From assembly GCA_963789265.1 (NCBI GenBank), contig CAWBKB010000005.1, positions 1 to 64,000 on the forward strand: a stretch of DNA of 64,000 bases, written 5' to 3'. A model generated the notes under the pieces. The model made no database searches and had not been told where the DNA came from. It worked only from the letters and a program-made list of their open reading frames with translations. Shown here piece by piece: positions 52,160 through 64,000 of this stretch. The DNA comes from an uncultured delta proteobacterium. Its GTDB lineage: Bacteria > Desulfobacterota > Desulfomonilia > Desulfomonilales > Desulfomonilaceae. Every line of letters begins with the position of its first letter. Position 1 is the stretch's first letter. The position numbers and the translations under genes were made by a program.

Positions 52160-53416
52160 CTACTTCAGGGGCGGGATTTCGAAAACAGGAATCCTCTTTT
52201 CGAGATAGGTGTCGGTAACGAACGGGGAGCCAAAACCATATTTTTCCCCGCATTCAATCATTACGTCAAACACTTCGGGTCTATAAATGAGGCGCGGCGG
52301 TTTGACGCCGTCCTGCACGATACTTCTCATTACTGTTCCACTAAATTTCTGCCATTCTTTCTTGTGATCGCAAATGCCTTCGGAAGTTATTTCTCCACAG
52401 TGAGGGCAGTATAGCCAATTCATGGAATAAACCGGCGTGATTTTAAGCTCGTCTTGGACCGTGGCCAAAAGATGATGAGCGTCGTACGCGCCATAGTAAG
52501 TCCCCACCCCGGCGTGATCCCTGCCATACATGTGATGAGTGAGGCCGAGGTTGGTTCTGAGAGCCGCATGGAATATTGCTTCTTTGGGGCCGGCGTACCT
52601 CATATCCCAGAATGTAAGTGAGGTCAGGTGGTTATGGTCGCCGAAATATCCCGCTTTTCTTAGTTCGTCATGCGTAAGGATTATAGCTTCGTCGATGTAA
52701 TCGCCCTTGCGCTTTTCGCCGATGATCGCGTTTACCAAAACCCCAACGAGAGGCTTTTCGATCGGAAGCTCCGCGTATGTCTGCAACCAAGCGCCTTTCA
52801 TGAGCCATTCATGTCCGGTATGGGGAACATTCCTGGTCTGATGAGCTACAATCCTTTCCCAGCCCTTCTCTTTGAACCGCTTTCTCATTTCAAGCGGGGG
52901 TATGAAATAAGGATCGTATGGAGCATTGATTTTTGGACGTTGCACGAGAGTCACTTTTCCGCCTACGAATTTATCCTTGCAATCGTAGACTCGAGCGCAG
53001 CCAGGGTGCTTTGCCTCATCGGTTCCGAAAATCGCCTTACACATGGCTTTCTTGTCGTAATCGAATATCTCTTCGATTTCGAAAATTGCCATGGGATTGC
53101 CGCCATAGGTCAGCACAACTGAATTGCCCGCCTTCAGGTTGTACTTGGCGATCTCCTCATCGGAGACGTCGAAGAGGAGAGGAATGCTCCAAACAACTCC
53201 ATTGGTCAGCCTCATGTTCTTGCACACGGAGTCCACGTCGGCCCTGTTCATGAAGCCTTCGATGGGTGTGAAGTATCCATAAGTCAACCCTATGACTTCA
53301 TTTGCAATCTGACTCCGGATCGGAATTTGGGTAAGACCCTTAATCTTCTTGGCAGCCTGCGTGGGCTCCAGTATCCGCTCTACAATCTGTTTTCCACCGT
53401 GACCTATTTCCGCCAT
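52160..53416 (-). CDS. sat: Sulfate adenylyltransferase
   Basis: QTRNVPHTGHE, MRYAGPKEAIFHA..R.N, GRDHAGVG, CPHC zinc site, SGT..R. Confidence 0.97.
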   Translation of the reverse strand: MAEIGHGGKQIVERILEPTQAAKKIKGLTQIPIRSQIANEVIGLTYGYFTPIEGFMNRADVDSVCKNMRLTNGVVWSIPLLFDVSDEEIAKYNLKAGNSVVLTYGGNPMAIFEIEEIFDYDKKAMCKAIFGTDEAKHPGCARVYDCKDKFVGGKVTLVQRPKINAPYDPYFIPPLEMRKRFKEKGWERIVAHQTRNVPHTGHEWLMKGAWLQTYAELPIEKPLVGVLVNAIIGEKRKGDYIDEAIILTHDELRKAGYFGDHNHLTSLTFWDMRYAGPKEAIFHAALRTNLGLTHHMYGRDHAGVGTYYGAYDAHHLLATVQDELKITPVYSMNWLYCPHCGEITSEGICDHKKEWQKFSGTVMRSIVQDGVKPPRLIYRPEVFDVMIECGEKYGFGSPFVTDTYLEKRIPVFEIPPLK

Positions 53417-53894
53417 ATTTTTTTCTCCTTTCTTCACCTTAAAGCCTTAACTTGACTTTAGGAAGAAGTCCTTTAGGGCTTCAAGAAGCTGCATCAGCCT
53501 CAGTACGATGCTCTCACTCCGCCCCATAACGTTTCAGAAGATGGAATGAAACTGCAATGATAGTCGCGAAAGTGGTTTACTGTAGTGAAACTGCGGCCTT
53601 CTGTCAAGACCAAAAACTCTTACGCATTTGGCAAGCTGGACTCTCAGTGCCTCGATCCCTTGCATTCGGGAGCAGAATAATATTCTGGAAGAGCCGTTGT
53701 CGACACGACTGTTTCACACTGCTCGAAAAACGCTGCGATTATTCCTGCTCCGTATTTCACACAGACTGAATTGGACCAGGACAACAAACAGTCCGGTTGC
53801 ATGCTTCCGGACACATAGTCTTGAACCCTGTTCCCGAAACGCAGTAAATGCGGTCACCTGCGCACACCACAAGGGTTCATTTCAACGAATAGGC

Positions 53895-54815
53895 TCAGCG
53901 TCTCGCGGTTAGCAATTCCGGTACCCGCCAATGTGCGCGCACCGGGCCCATTGGGGAGTCGCTGAAACGCTTCGCAACTGAAATCCCGCAGAGTTCCTTG
54001 GGACAGAAATACGCCAGCGGGTTGTACATCTTATTTGTTACACGAACCTCCAGGTGGAGATGCGGACCCGTTGAACGTCCGGTGTTTCCCACAAGAGCGA
54101 TCTTCTGGCCGCGGCGTACCCACTGGTTCCTCTTGACCTTGATCGCGCTCACATGCGCATAATACGTGTAAACACCCCGACCGTGATCGATGAGGACCGT
54201 GTTGCCATAACGACGAAATCTCTTCCGGCTTCCTGCGAAAACGACACGTCCGGCCGCGCAGGCTAGTACGGGTCGTCCAATTGGCGCTGCGATGTCGAGT
54301 CCTGTGTGAAAACGGCCCCATCGGTAACCGAATGGAGAAGTGAGAACTCCTCCAATCACAGGAAATCTGAGTTCCGGAACAATGGGGTCTCGCTTGCCTC
54401 GGATGGCGGCTGAAAGCTTGAAGTTGCTATGCCTCCTGATCGCCGAGCTTGCCATTGCTCCTTTTCTCCATCCCAAACTTTGTTCGTCATCCGCGAGCAG
54501 CGCCTCGGCAGGAAGGAACACCTCGTCTCCCTTCTTAAGAACGTAAGGTGGGAGGATCCTGTTGATTTTGGCTACCTTAGCCAGATCAAGTCCGTAAACA
54601 ACACAAATGTGTCGCAGGCTTTCTCCCGCTGAGACGATATGAAACGCCCCTTCTTTTTTGGGAGTAGCCGATGATGAATTCCTTTTGGCGATATCAACTT
54701 TTTGATGAGAAGTGGATTTTAAATCAGGAGTCTTTTTGACTATTCCAAAGCAAGTTGAACAGGAAGCAAATAGAGGCAGGAGAATCGCCGCAAACCATTT
54801 GACTCTACGATCCAT
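53895..54815 (-). CDS. LysM + M23 peptidase
   Basis: LysM segment HIVSAGESL; HTGLD, YAH, GNTGRSTGPHLHLE. Confidence 0.92.
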   Translation of the reverse strand: MDRRVKWFAAILLPLFASCSTCFGIVKKTPDLKSTSHQKVDIAKRNSSSATPKKEGAFHIVSAGESLRHICVVYGLDLAKVAKINRILPPYVLKKGDEVFLPAEALLADDEQSLGWRKGAMASSAIRRHSNFKLSAAIRGKRDPIVPELRFPVIGGVLTSPFGYRWGRFHTGLDIAAPIGRPVLACAAGRVVFAGSRKRFRRYGNTVLIDHGRGVYTYYAHVSAIKVKRNQWVRRGQKIALVGNTGRSTGPHLHLEVRVTNKMYNPLAYFCPKELCGISVAKRFSDSPMGPVRAHWRVPELLTARR

Positions 54816-55104
54816 GCCTTCTCCAGGGAGAACATCCAATGCATTAGAGCGCCATTTTATCGTTGTTTGACAATAATGTCAATTAAAAAAGGGTATAGTG
54901 GTTATTTATGAATGTATATTCTATTTTATTGGTGTAACTTGTTGTCGAGGAAAGGCCGACGGAGACACACAGGCCGGGAAAAGGCGGTGACAATTCTTAT
55001 CTGCGTCTGTGTGTCTCGTCGTTTGCTAACGAACGAGTCTGGCCATTGGAATCCGGCAGCAGGCAAACTTCCGGCAAAACGGCAAAGTTCGTTTTTCCAA
55101 CCGA

Positions 55105-55557
55105 TCATTTCCCGGGGGTCGGTGCGCCCTTGCCAGGAATGGGCAGTTTGGCGGTGTCGTTAGCCTTTTGATTCCCCTGAGGGCCCTGCTTGGCCACCAG
55201 CCCTGAAAGTTGTTGTTTGACGCTGCCAAGCTCGTCCTTGTACTCTTTCATCTGCCTGGAAAGATTCGCGTCGGCATTCTTTTTGATCTGGTTCTTCTGG
55301 TTCTGCAACGTGGCAATGTGTGCATCCAGTTGGACTCTTTGCTTCACAAGGCTATCAATTGAAGCCGCTATCGCCTTCATTTGTGGGTCCAAACCCTGTG
55401 CGCTCTGCAGTTCGGCCTGATTGATCTGGCTTTGTATGCGGTCGAATTTTTGTTTGAGCAGAGTGATCTGGCTCGAAAAGTCTTGGGCATAGCAGGTCAG
55501 GCAAAGCGCCACTGCAAGAATTGAAAGAGTCATCGTCAGGACGACCATCTTCTTCAT
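55105..55557 (-). CDS. Exported coiled-coil hypothetical protein
   Basis: GAGGAG RBS, signal peptide, Gln/Lys-rich heptads. Confidence 0.75.
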   Translation of the reverse strand: MKKMVVLTMTLSILAVALCLTCYAQDFSSQITLLKQKFDRIQSQINQAELQSAQGLDPQMKAIAASIDSLVKQRVQLDAHIATLQNQKNQIKKNADANLSRQMKEYKDELGSVKQQLSGLVAKQGPQGNQKANDTAKLPIPGKGAPTPGK

Positions 55558-55964
55558 CGCTCAGCTCCTCTTCCGTAGATTTGAGACCACGGGTCTCCTT
55601 CCTCGGGGGACATTCATATCATAGACGTCAGAGAATGCAACCATATTTTTAATAATAATGCCAAAAGGTTCTATTTGAAACGATAACCAACACTTTAATT
55701 ACGTGCCTTGCACAGCCCTTCAAATCCGCGCTGACGGGCTTGAGATGCACCGTTCATTTCTTCTCCAAAAAGCCCCTCTCCACAGAGCCCAAAAGAGCGC
55801 GCATCATCCATTTAAACTTTCGCATTCCCCGGCCCGTCGACCGGCATTTTTTGTTTACTTTCATCTAGTCTGATGGTAGAGATGCGGCCTGAGCGGTAAA
55901 TCCGGCCTATCTTTCGTACGGTTAATCGGGAAAGACCGGTTTACTGTGTAAATCCGCCTGTGCG

Positions 55965-57293
55965 GTGGTTTATAGAGGAGGCTTCCCGTCTTGCTTGGCC
56001 GGCGCCATCAGATTGATTCCCCCCTTGCCTGCCGGTTTCTTATTAATTTTATTGACCGCCTGCGGTTTTCTACCCAATTTGTGTCAAGCGGCCCTCACCA
56101 TCCCTGGCGAAGGTGGACACGGCCTTTTTTACGTGATCACCCATCTCAACCCTGTCGCTTACGTCGTTCTCTTTCTCGTAGCCGTTCTGTCCCTAATCAA
56201 TCTGATTGTCCAGGGCTGGATACCGTTGAGATCATGGCCGTTCCCTTCGTTTGTGACCCTCCCCCCCCGGCTCCGCAACAGAACCGATCAAGGTTCGGCA
56301 GGCCAAGGCATGAAAAGAGCGGGAATTCATTCAGCCGGAAAGGATGAGCTGGGTAAGCCGAGCAAAGCCCGCGGACATCCAGTGAGTAGACAGGCGGCTG
56401 AGGATGGGATCGTTAATATTCGCCGCGTCGGTCGGGTTCCGGATGGCCGGGCGGCAGTGAAGATCCCTACGCCGCTGGAAGGGATCAACCACCCGTTGCC
56501 GCAATTTTCCCGTGCTACGGATCCCCCGACTGGTAGCCCGAGGATCCTTGAGCGAGAACAGGATCAAAAACGGCACGGCACGGAATTCAAGTTTTCTTCC
56601 GCGGTAGATTTGGTTCCGCAGGAAGAAATAGGCCGCCGTGAAAAAGACCAATTAGTCGTTTCCGGCACCGTGACCGGACCGGACGGCTGTGGGGTAGCCT
56701 CTGTAATGGTATATTTGGTAGATCAAGCGGGCAACCGAGTGGGACAGTCGTCTCGCTCCGCCCGCGACACTGGGGAATTTAAAGTGTTGGTCAACGAACC
56801 GGGCAAGTACGTGCTCAGCGGGTATAAAAGAGGGTACATAACGGAGAGCAGAGAACCGCTGATATTGCCGTTTGAATCGGGAAAGATCGAAGGATTCAAT
56901 CTTCGTATGTTACCGGAGGGTTGCCTGGTCCACGGCCGCGTTCTTGTCGAGGGGGGGAAAGAAGGCGCCCGTGGTTTGGAGGTCAGATGCGTTTGTGGAG
57001 ACGGCGCTTTTTCCCGTTCGGATCGCTCTGACTCGGCAGGAGAATTCAGAATTTCCGGAGTGCCGCTGACATCCAAATGTTTTATCGAGGTTTGCGGAAC
57101 GGGGGACGAGGTCCTGGCCAGGTCTGCCCCCTTCCAGACGCTCCACAAGAAAGAAGTGTATCGAGAGATCGCCATCACGCCCTTTCCGACTTCCGGGAAA
57201 ACTTCGACTGCAACTGCCGATTCAACCGATGTGCGGGATGATGATACAGGGCAAGGCGGAGAAAGCGCGCAGCTCACCTCGCAGGGCCCATAA
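55965..57293 (+). CDS. Membrane protein with two carboxypeptidase-regulatory-like beta-sandwich domains
   Basis: TMs, low-complexity linker, then VSGTVTGPDG...GEF...PGKY and VHGRV...SDSAGEFRISGVP. Confidence 0.7.
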   Translation: MVYRGGFPSCLAGAIRLIPPLPAGFLLILLTACGFLPNLCQAALTIPGEGGHGLFYVITHLNPVAYVVLFLVAVLSLINLIVQGWIPLRSWPFPSFVTLPPRLRNRTDQGSAGQGMKRAGIHSAGKDELGKPSKARGHPVSRQAAEDGIVNIRRVGRVPDGRAAVKIPTPLEGINHPLPQFSRATDPPTGSPRILEREQDQKRHGTEFKFSSAVDLVPQEEIGRREKDQLVVSGTVTGPDGCGVASVMVYLVDQAGNRVGQSSRSARDTGEFKVLVNEPGKYVLSGYKRGYITESREPLILPFESGKIEGFNLRMLPEGCLVHGRVLVEGGKEGARGLEVRCVCGDGAFSRSDRSDSAGEFRISGVPLTSKCFIEVCGTGDEVLARSAPFQTLHKKEVYREIAITPFPTSGKTSTATADSTDVRDDDTGQGGESAQLTSQGP

Positions 57294-57393
57294 TTTCAAT
57301 GGCTTGTCGCGATTCATTGTTCACGATTTGACTTTGGAGACCGCTTCTCATACGACTTTCTTGTACTGAGAGATTTCATGAAATTTGGCACTG

Positions 57394-58185
57394 CTAACCA
57401 TCAAATAGAACCGCCCGGACTTCCACTTTCTCTTTGAGTTTTCCGACCACCATCCTTTGTATCCGGGTATTTGCAGTGGATAGGCTGGCTTCCAGCTCTT
57501 CTGCCCACGATTCGTCAGATCCGAGCAGGTCCAACTTGTTCAGAAAAGGCACGACACGTGCCTTCTCCGGAACATTCTTCAGTGCCCCTTCGGGATGGCT
57601 CAAAAGTCTGACCACTGCACCCGGCGTGATCATTTCACCTCGATTAACACCGCTGACGGACAGGAATTTCTCCAGCCGAAAGACCCATTTTTCAGTGGCC
57701 GGCTTTCCAATGCTGTCGAGACCGACCACAGGAATGACAAGATCGGCAAAGTCAGGGATCATCGGTTCCCATGCCTCTGGCGCTTTGATCGGGTGCCCGG
57801 ATGCTCCGTCAGCCTCAATCAATACTCGATATGCGACAACCAGGCAGCGCCTGAGGGTTTCATTTGAGATTCCTCGGAGCTTGCCGCTCTCATGATCGTG
57901 AGATTGGGCTACCGTGACATGCTCGTATTCAGAGAGACGGCCTGGAAGCGAGGCGAGTTCCGGGTCATGCTCCACCAAAATCAAGCAAGGGGATTCGTGG
58001 GTCTTCGGCGGTAGGATCTTGGTGGTGGTTGTGGTGAGCACCTTTTCGTGGCGTGTCACCATTTCCCTGGCTAGGGCATACATGAGCGAAGTCTTCCCCC
58101 CCGCTCCCACCAAGGCGACTGTGCGGACCGTCGAGTCTATATCAAAACAGTCCAGAAGAGACTTTTTGTCCGAAGATATGGCCAC
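57394..58185 (-). CDS. yqeC: Selenium-dependent hydroxylase accessory protein YqeC
   Basis: LVGAGGKTS, TTTTTKI, IEADGA...PIKAP..WEP, NK.D. Confidence 0.88.
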   Translation of the reverse strand: MAISSDKKSLLDCFDIDSTVRTVALVGAGGKTSLMYALAREMVTRHEKVLTTTTTKILPPKTHESPCLILVEHDPELASLPGRLSEYEHVTVAQSHDHESGKLRGISNETLRRCLVVAYRVLIEADGASGHPIKAPEAWEPMIPDFADLVIPVVGLDSIGKPATEKWVFRLEKFLSVSGVNRGEMITPGAVVRLLSHPEGALKNVPEKARVVPFLNKLDLLGSDESWAEELEASLSTANTRIQRMVVGKLKEKVEVRAVLFDG

Positions 58186-58188
58186 GAA

Positions 58189-58536
58189 TCAGATCCAAGG
58201 TGGCGTCAGGCCATACCTAATTCGAAACGACGCGGCGTTTCCCGAGACAATCATGGGCCCCTTGCACGGCTGATACTTGTAAAACTTTAGGACATAGGTG
58301 CCTCTGTCCCCTATGTCGTAGCACTTGGTTCGGTTGCCCCAGGTAACCCACACTTTAAAGCGATCCAGCAATTCATACGGAGGATTACACCTGATATCAA
58401 AAACCTGCACGTATACGGGACCGACGTAGCCTTCCGGCCAATTGATGAAGTATCTGGTTCCCCGTGCAGACGACGGGGTTGGTGCCACCATGATGACCAA
58501 TGCCAAAATTATCGAACGACAAATCCATTTGCTCAT
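58189..58536 (-). CDS. Small exported hypothetical protein
   Basis: GAGG RBS, signal peptide, Cys- and aromatic-rich mature part. Confidence 0.6.
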   Translation of the reverse strand: MSKWICRSIILALVIMVAPTPSSARGTRYFINWPEGYVGPVYVQVFDIRCNPPYELLDRFKVWVTWGNRTKCYDIGDRGTYVLKFYKYQPCKGPMIVSGNAASFRIRYGLTPPWI

Positions 58537-58639
58537 GTCAGTTCCTCTCGCATGATCGCCGATCATCTGGAGAAATGTCATCGAAAATATATCACAAATA
58601 ACATTAAGTTGGAAGTATTTTTTGATGTGTTTTGCTAGG

Positions 58640-58878
58640 TCAGCGTTCGGTCGGTTCAGTTGCGCCCATTTCGGGCGGCCTTGATGACTCGGCTCCGAGA
58701 TTTGGATTCAGGCTGTCGAAGAGTGCGATTTGATCCTGTATGGACATCCTGCAATTGGCCTTGGCGCCCCCCCGGGAGCGGCAGGTCCTGCAACGCGTCC
58801 AGTACAATTCTGACACATTTTGCAGTCCGGGCACTGACGTTTACCGGACGAGACCTTATTTGAAAGAGATTGCATCAT
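58640..58878 (-). CDS. Small Cys-rich protein split by a frameshift near 58800
   Basis: Joining ORFs 58708..58890 and 58640..58834 gives CPDCKMCQNCTxTRCRTC...MSIQDQIALFDSLN. Confidence 0.55.
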
Positions 58879-58937
58879 GGCGCCTGTCATGCTAGTTTAA
58901 CAACTCTTTCCAGCCTGTCAAACACAAAGAGAGTTTC

Positions 58938-59831
58938 ATGAATTCCGTTGCCGTTAAAGAGACTTACTTGTCCCCAATCGTCCTCGTTGGCAGGGGCAAG
59001 GTGAGAGACATCTACACGATTGAAGACAAGCTTCTTATCGTCTGCACCGATCGGCTGTCGGCCTTTGACGTCGTTCTTCCGGATCCTATCCCGGATAAAG
59101 GAAAGGTCCTCAATCAGCTCAGCCTGTTCTGGATGGCCAAGACGCGCCACATAGTCGCGAATCATGTCGTTTCAGCAAATGTAAACGACTATCCGCGGGA
59201 ATGCGGAAGGTTTGCGGAAGTGCTGGAAGGTCGAAGCATGCTAGTGCGTAAGGCCCAAGTTTTCCCTCTGGAATGTGTTGCCCGCGGATACCTCATCGGT
59301 AGTGGTTGGAAGGATTACAAGAGGACTGGAAAAGTCTGTGACATCCCTTTGCCGGCCGGACTTAAACAGGCCGAAAAGCTCCCTGAGCCTATCTTCACAC
59401 CGTCTACCAAGGCCGAGCTTGGAGATCATGACGAAAACATTTCATTTAGTCGGGCCGTGGACCTGGTTGGGGAAGAAACTGCGCGGTGGCTGCGGGATAA
59501 GACGATAGAACTCTACCTACAGGGTTCCCGATGGGCAGAGGAGCGCGGCATTATCGTAGCGGACACGAAGTTCGAATTCGGAATAGTGAATGGAGTTCCG
59601 ACTTTGATAGACGAAGTTCTCACACCGGATTCCTCTCGTTTTTGGCCGATGGATGGATACCGTGTCGGAATTTCCCCCCCTTCGCTGGACAAGCAATTCG
59701 TTAGAGACTACTTGGAAGGCATCGCCTGGGATAAGAAAGCCCCCGCACCTAGTCTGCCTGCGGAAATCATCACCAAGACCAGGGCTAGGTACCTGGATAT
59801 TTATCGGATTATTACTGGGAGCAATTTGTGA
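58938..59831 (+). CDS. purC: SAICAR synthetase
   Basis: GKVRDIY, TDRLSAFD, ECVARGY, FTPSTKA, ADTKFEFG, DEVLTPDSSRFW. Confidence 0.97.
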   Translation: MNSVAVKETYLSPIVLVGRGKVRDIYTIEDKLLIVCTDRLSAFDVVLPDPIPDKGKVLNQLSLFWMAKTRHIVANHVVSANVNDYPRECGRFAEVLEGRSMLVRKAQVFPLECVARGYLIGSGWKDYKRTGKVCDIPLPAGLKQAEKLPEPIFTPSTKAELGDHDENISFSRAVDLVGEETARWLRDKTIELYLQGSRWAEERGIIVADTKFEFGIVNGVPTLIDEVLTPDSSRFWPMDGYRVGISPPSLDKQFVRDYLEGIAWDKKAPAPSLPAEIITKTRARYLDIYRIITGSNL

Positions 59832-60191
59832 CTCACTCCGAGCGACTTCCCAGACCTATAACGGAGATGCGCGCCTCGATGTGTGTAACCTCCTGAACGC
59901 GCTTCTCAGCATCCCGCATCGTCTGCTCAGACCGGTGTGCGAGGGTTCGTGGAGAGAGCGAGCAATCAGCTCACGATCTCCGCGTCTGTCCGGTTCCAAC
60001 TTTGTATTATTATTCAGCTAGTTACTCCAAGGGAACATCTGCAAAACTCAGCTTGACATTGACTATGTTCCGTTAGAGATTACCCCCGTTATTTCATGCG
60101 CAGGTATCCGTGGATGGCTTGAGGAAGCAGCCACTCGGCATTAATATAGAAAAGGATGCCCGCGACATTCCCCCTTTTACGATTTCCGTAA

Positions 60192-61943
<1,752 letters not shown>

Positions 61944-62104
61944 CCGGGCCGAGGCTAAGGAACGCCCGCAAGATTCTTTTGAAACTGGCTGCCGGAGACA
62001 TCCCTTTAGCTAAAGTCCCCTCCGACACATTGCGTTTTCTCCTTGAGTTACGAGATCATGGAATATTGTTCCCAACGGGTGTTTGCGGTTCTGGGAGGAG
62101 CAAG

Positions 62105-63514
62105 ATGGATAATCCCGGGACAGTTCGTACAGCTTTGCGCGTGGGTGATTATCGCCTTGACACGGACCGACTGTTCTTCGTTCTGGGCCCATGCGTGATA
62201 GAAAGTGAGGAACTGACACTTCATGTAGCACAGGAAGTTGCCCGTATATGCGGGACCACAGGCGTCCCTGCCGTTTTCAAGGCATCCTTTGACAAGGCGA
62301 ACCGCACTTCAGTGGACTCTTATCGTGGACCGGGCTTAAAGCAGGGGCTCGCGATTCTCGCTGCCGTCAGAGAGAAAACAGGGCTCCCTATAGTCTCGGA
62401 CATTCATACTCCGGACCAGGCGCCCTTGGCGGGAGAAATTCTCGATATAATCCAGATCCCGGCCTTCCTCAGCCGACAAACCGATCTCCTGATAGCAGCG
62501 GGGCGTACCGGACGGGTAGTAAATATCAAGAAAGGGCAGTTTCAGGCGCCGGAGGACTTACAGTACGCGATCAAGAAAGTCCTCAGCACCGGGAACAACA
62601 ACATCCTCATCACGGAGCGCGGATCAAGCTTCGGATACCGGGACCTCGTTGCGGACATGCGATCTATACCGCGTATGAAACGGTTCGGATTTCCGATAAT
62701 ATTCGATGCCACTCATTCCGCTCAATTTCCCGGTGACAATGATGGTTGCTCGGGAGGAGATCGATCCTTCGTGGCGCCTCTGGCTAGGGCCGCGGTTGCT
62801 GCGGGGACGGACGGCGTCTTTATGGAGGTTCACCCCGATCCTGAACACGCTCTTTGCGATGGCCCCAATTCACTGGCTTTGTCCGATCTTCAAGCATTGG
62901 TCTCAAATCTGGTTGCGATCCATGAGGTGATTTCGGCCTCCTCTCTGAATACCTCGGACTTTCTTACTCACACCCAGACAGAAGCACCAAGGAATCCCGT
63001 GCAAGAAAATTTACGAAGGACCCGTTTGATAATTTTTGATGTGGACGGAGTGTTGACTGACGGCAGAATAACTTTTGGCAGCGGGGGCCTTGAGATAAAA
63101 TCCTTTAATGTTAGAGACGGACATGGTATAAAGATTGCTAAGAGGTGCGGCATTTACATCGCCCTGGTCACTGGAAGAACTTCCGAAGTTGTTCACAGGC
63201 GTGCCCAGGATCTAGGAATTGAAAAGGTGTTTCAGGGCGTTTGGGACAAGAAGCCGGTGCTTGACCAACTTCTTACCGAGTTCAATTTGACGCCCGATCA
63301 GGTGGCGGTCATGGGTGACGATGTCGTCGACATACCGCTGATGCAGAGGGCAGGAGTGGGATTTACGGTCCCGGAAGCACCTGAGGAAGTCCGTCGTGAA
63401 GCTGACTACATAACGCAACACCAAGGCGGTAAGGGAGCTGCAAGAGAGATGATCGAGATCATCCTGAAAGCCCAAGGCAAATGGGAAGCCGCCCTGGCCA
63501 GGTATCGTGAGTAA
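62105..63514 (+). CDS. kdsA: Fused KDO8P synthase (KdsA) and KDO8P phosphatase (KdsC)
   Basis: GPCVIE, KASFDKANRTS, QIPAFL.RQTD, FDATHS; then in frame FDVDGVLTDG, GDD..D, GGKGAARE. GGAGG RBS before ATG 62105. Confidence 0.93.
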   Translation: MDNPGTVRTALRVGDYRLDTDRLFFVLGPCVIESEELTLHVAQEVARICGTTGVPAVFKASFDKANRTSVDSYRGPGLKQGLAILAAVREKTGLPIVSDIHTPDQAPLAGEILDIIQIPAFLSRQTDLLIAAGRTGRVVNIKKGQFQAPEDLQYAIKKVLSTGNNNILITERGSSFGYRDLVADMRSIPRMKRFGFPIIFDATHSAQFPGDNDGCSGGDRSFVAPLARAAVAAGTDGVFMEVHPDPEHALCDGPNSLALSDLQALVSNLVAIHEVISASSLNTSDFLTHTQTEAPRNPVQENLRRTRLIIFDVDGVLTDGRITFGSGGLEIKSFNVRDGHGIKIAKRCGIYIALVTGRTSEVVHRRAQDLGIEKVFQGVWDKKPVLDQLLTEFNLTPDQVAVMGDDVVDIPLMQRAGVGFTVPEAPEEVRREADYITQHQGGKGAAREMIEIILKAQGKWEAALARYRE

Positions 63515-63712
63515 GGTGAAGAAGCGCCTTGATTGCCGCTTCAGTGGTATGGTCCAAACTGGTGATTGGCACATACATAAGATATCGGATGTTACACAGC
63601 CCTGGGCTCACAGTACGGCTCTTGTTTGAGGCCCTGAGGTAAAGGAGACCGTATCACTGTGGGAACGAATACGCCAAGGTTGCGATCTCCCGGTGGACGC
63701 CGGGTAGATATC

Positions 63713-64000
63713 ATGAATCACAGAGAGATAGAGCGCTGGTATAGGCTGAGAAACGTCAAACGAGCGTCCCAGATACTAGTCGTGGTTGCAGTGGCCTTTC
63801 TAGTGTGCGGATATGCAGTTTCTCGTTTTGTACGGGGAGGGTCTGATATGCCGGCCCCTCCGGGAGGGACCGAAGGCAGTATACGAATAGACAATTTTTC
63901 ATACTCTTCGCCGGGCGCGCATCCCTGGGAACTTCGGGCTGCCTCAGCTATCGTTGCCGACTCCCTCGACTCGGTCAAGTTGAAGGGACCGAAAGTAGTT
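63713..64000 (+). CDS. lptC: LPS export protein LptC-like (partial, runs off the window)
   Basis: Manual translation MNHREIERWYRL...TM...IDNFSYS...WELRAASA; position directly after kdsC. Confidence 0.7.
   Translation, partial: MNHREIERWYRLRNVKRASQILVVVAVAFLVCGYAVSRFVRGGSDMPAPPGGTEGSIRIDNFSYSSPGAHPWELRAASAIVADSLDSVKLKGPKVV

Overview
64 kb of chromosome from an anaerobic, diderm, sulfate-activating bacterium. A Desulfomonile/Syntrophales-like deltaproteobacterium is inferred from gene content, not proven. Housekeeping genes are queE, a ThiC-family gene, icd, ftsY, purH-like, purC, pyrG, a kdsA-kdsC fusion, partial lptC, sat, yqeC and tRNA-Leu(TAA); there is also an RND efflux pair. The main accessory feature is a co-directional ~14 kb, 14-gene redox cluster (25366-39243). 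It holds a Tat-exported NHL propeller, an internally duplicated transporter-like membrane protein, three membrane-associated dicluster Fe-S proteins (one fused to an FMN-binding domain), a heptaheme and a c7-like cytochrome c, an anchor-less FrdAB/SdhAB-like pair, and a ttrBCA-like module whose Mo subunit seems to lack the usual Cys ligand. Also present: an ~800 bp transposase-less element with inverted ends carrying an AT-rich ORF, a DJ-1 gene between direct repeats, nested palindromic intergenic repeats, three putative outer-membrane barrels and a candidate serine palmitoyltransferase. Nine genes carry single-base frameshifts, most likely assembly errors. All calls come from reading motifs by eye; no database searches were run.
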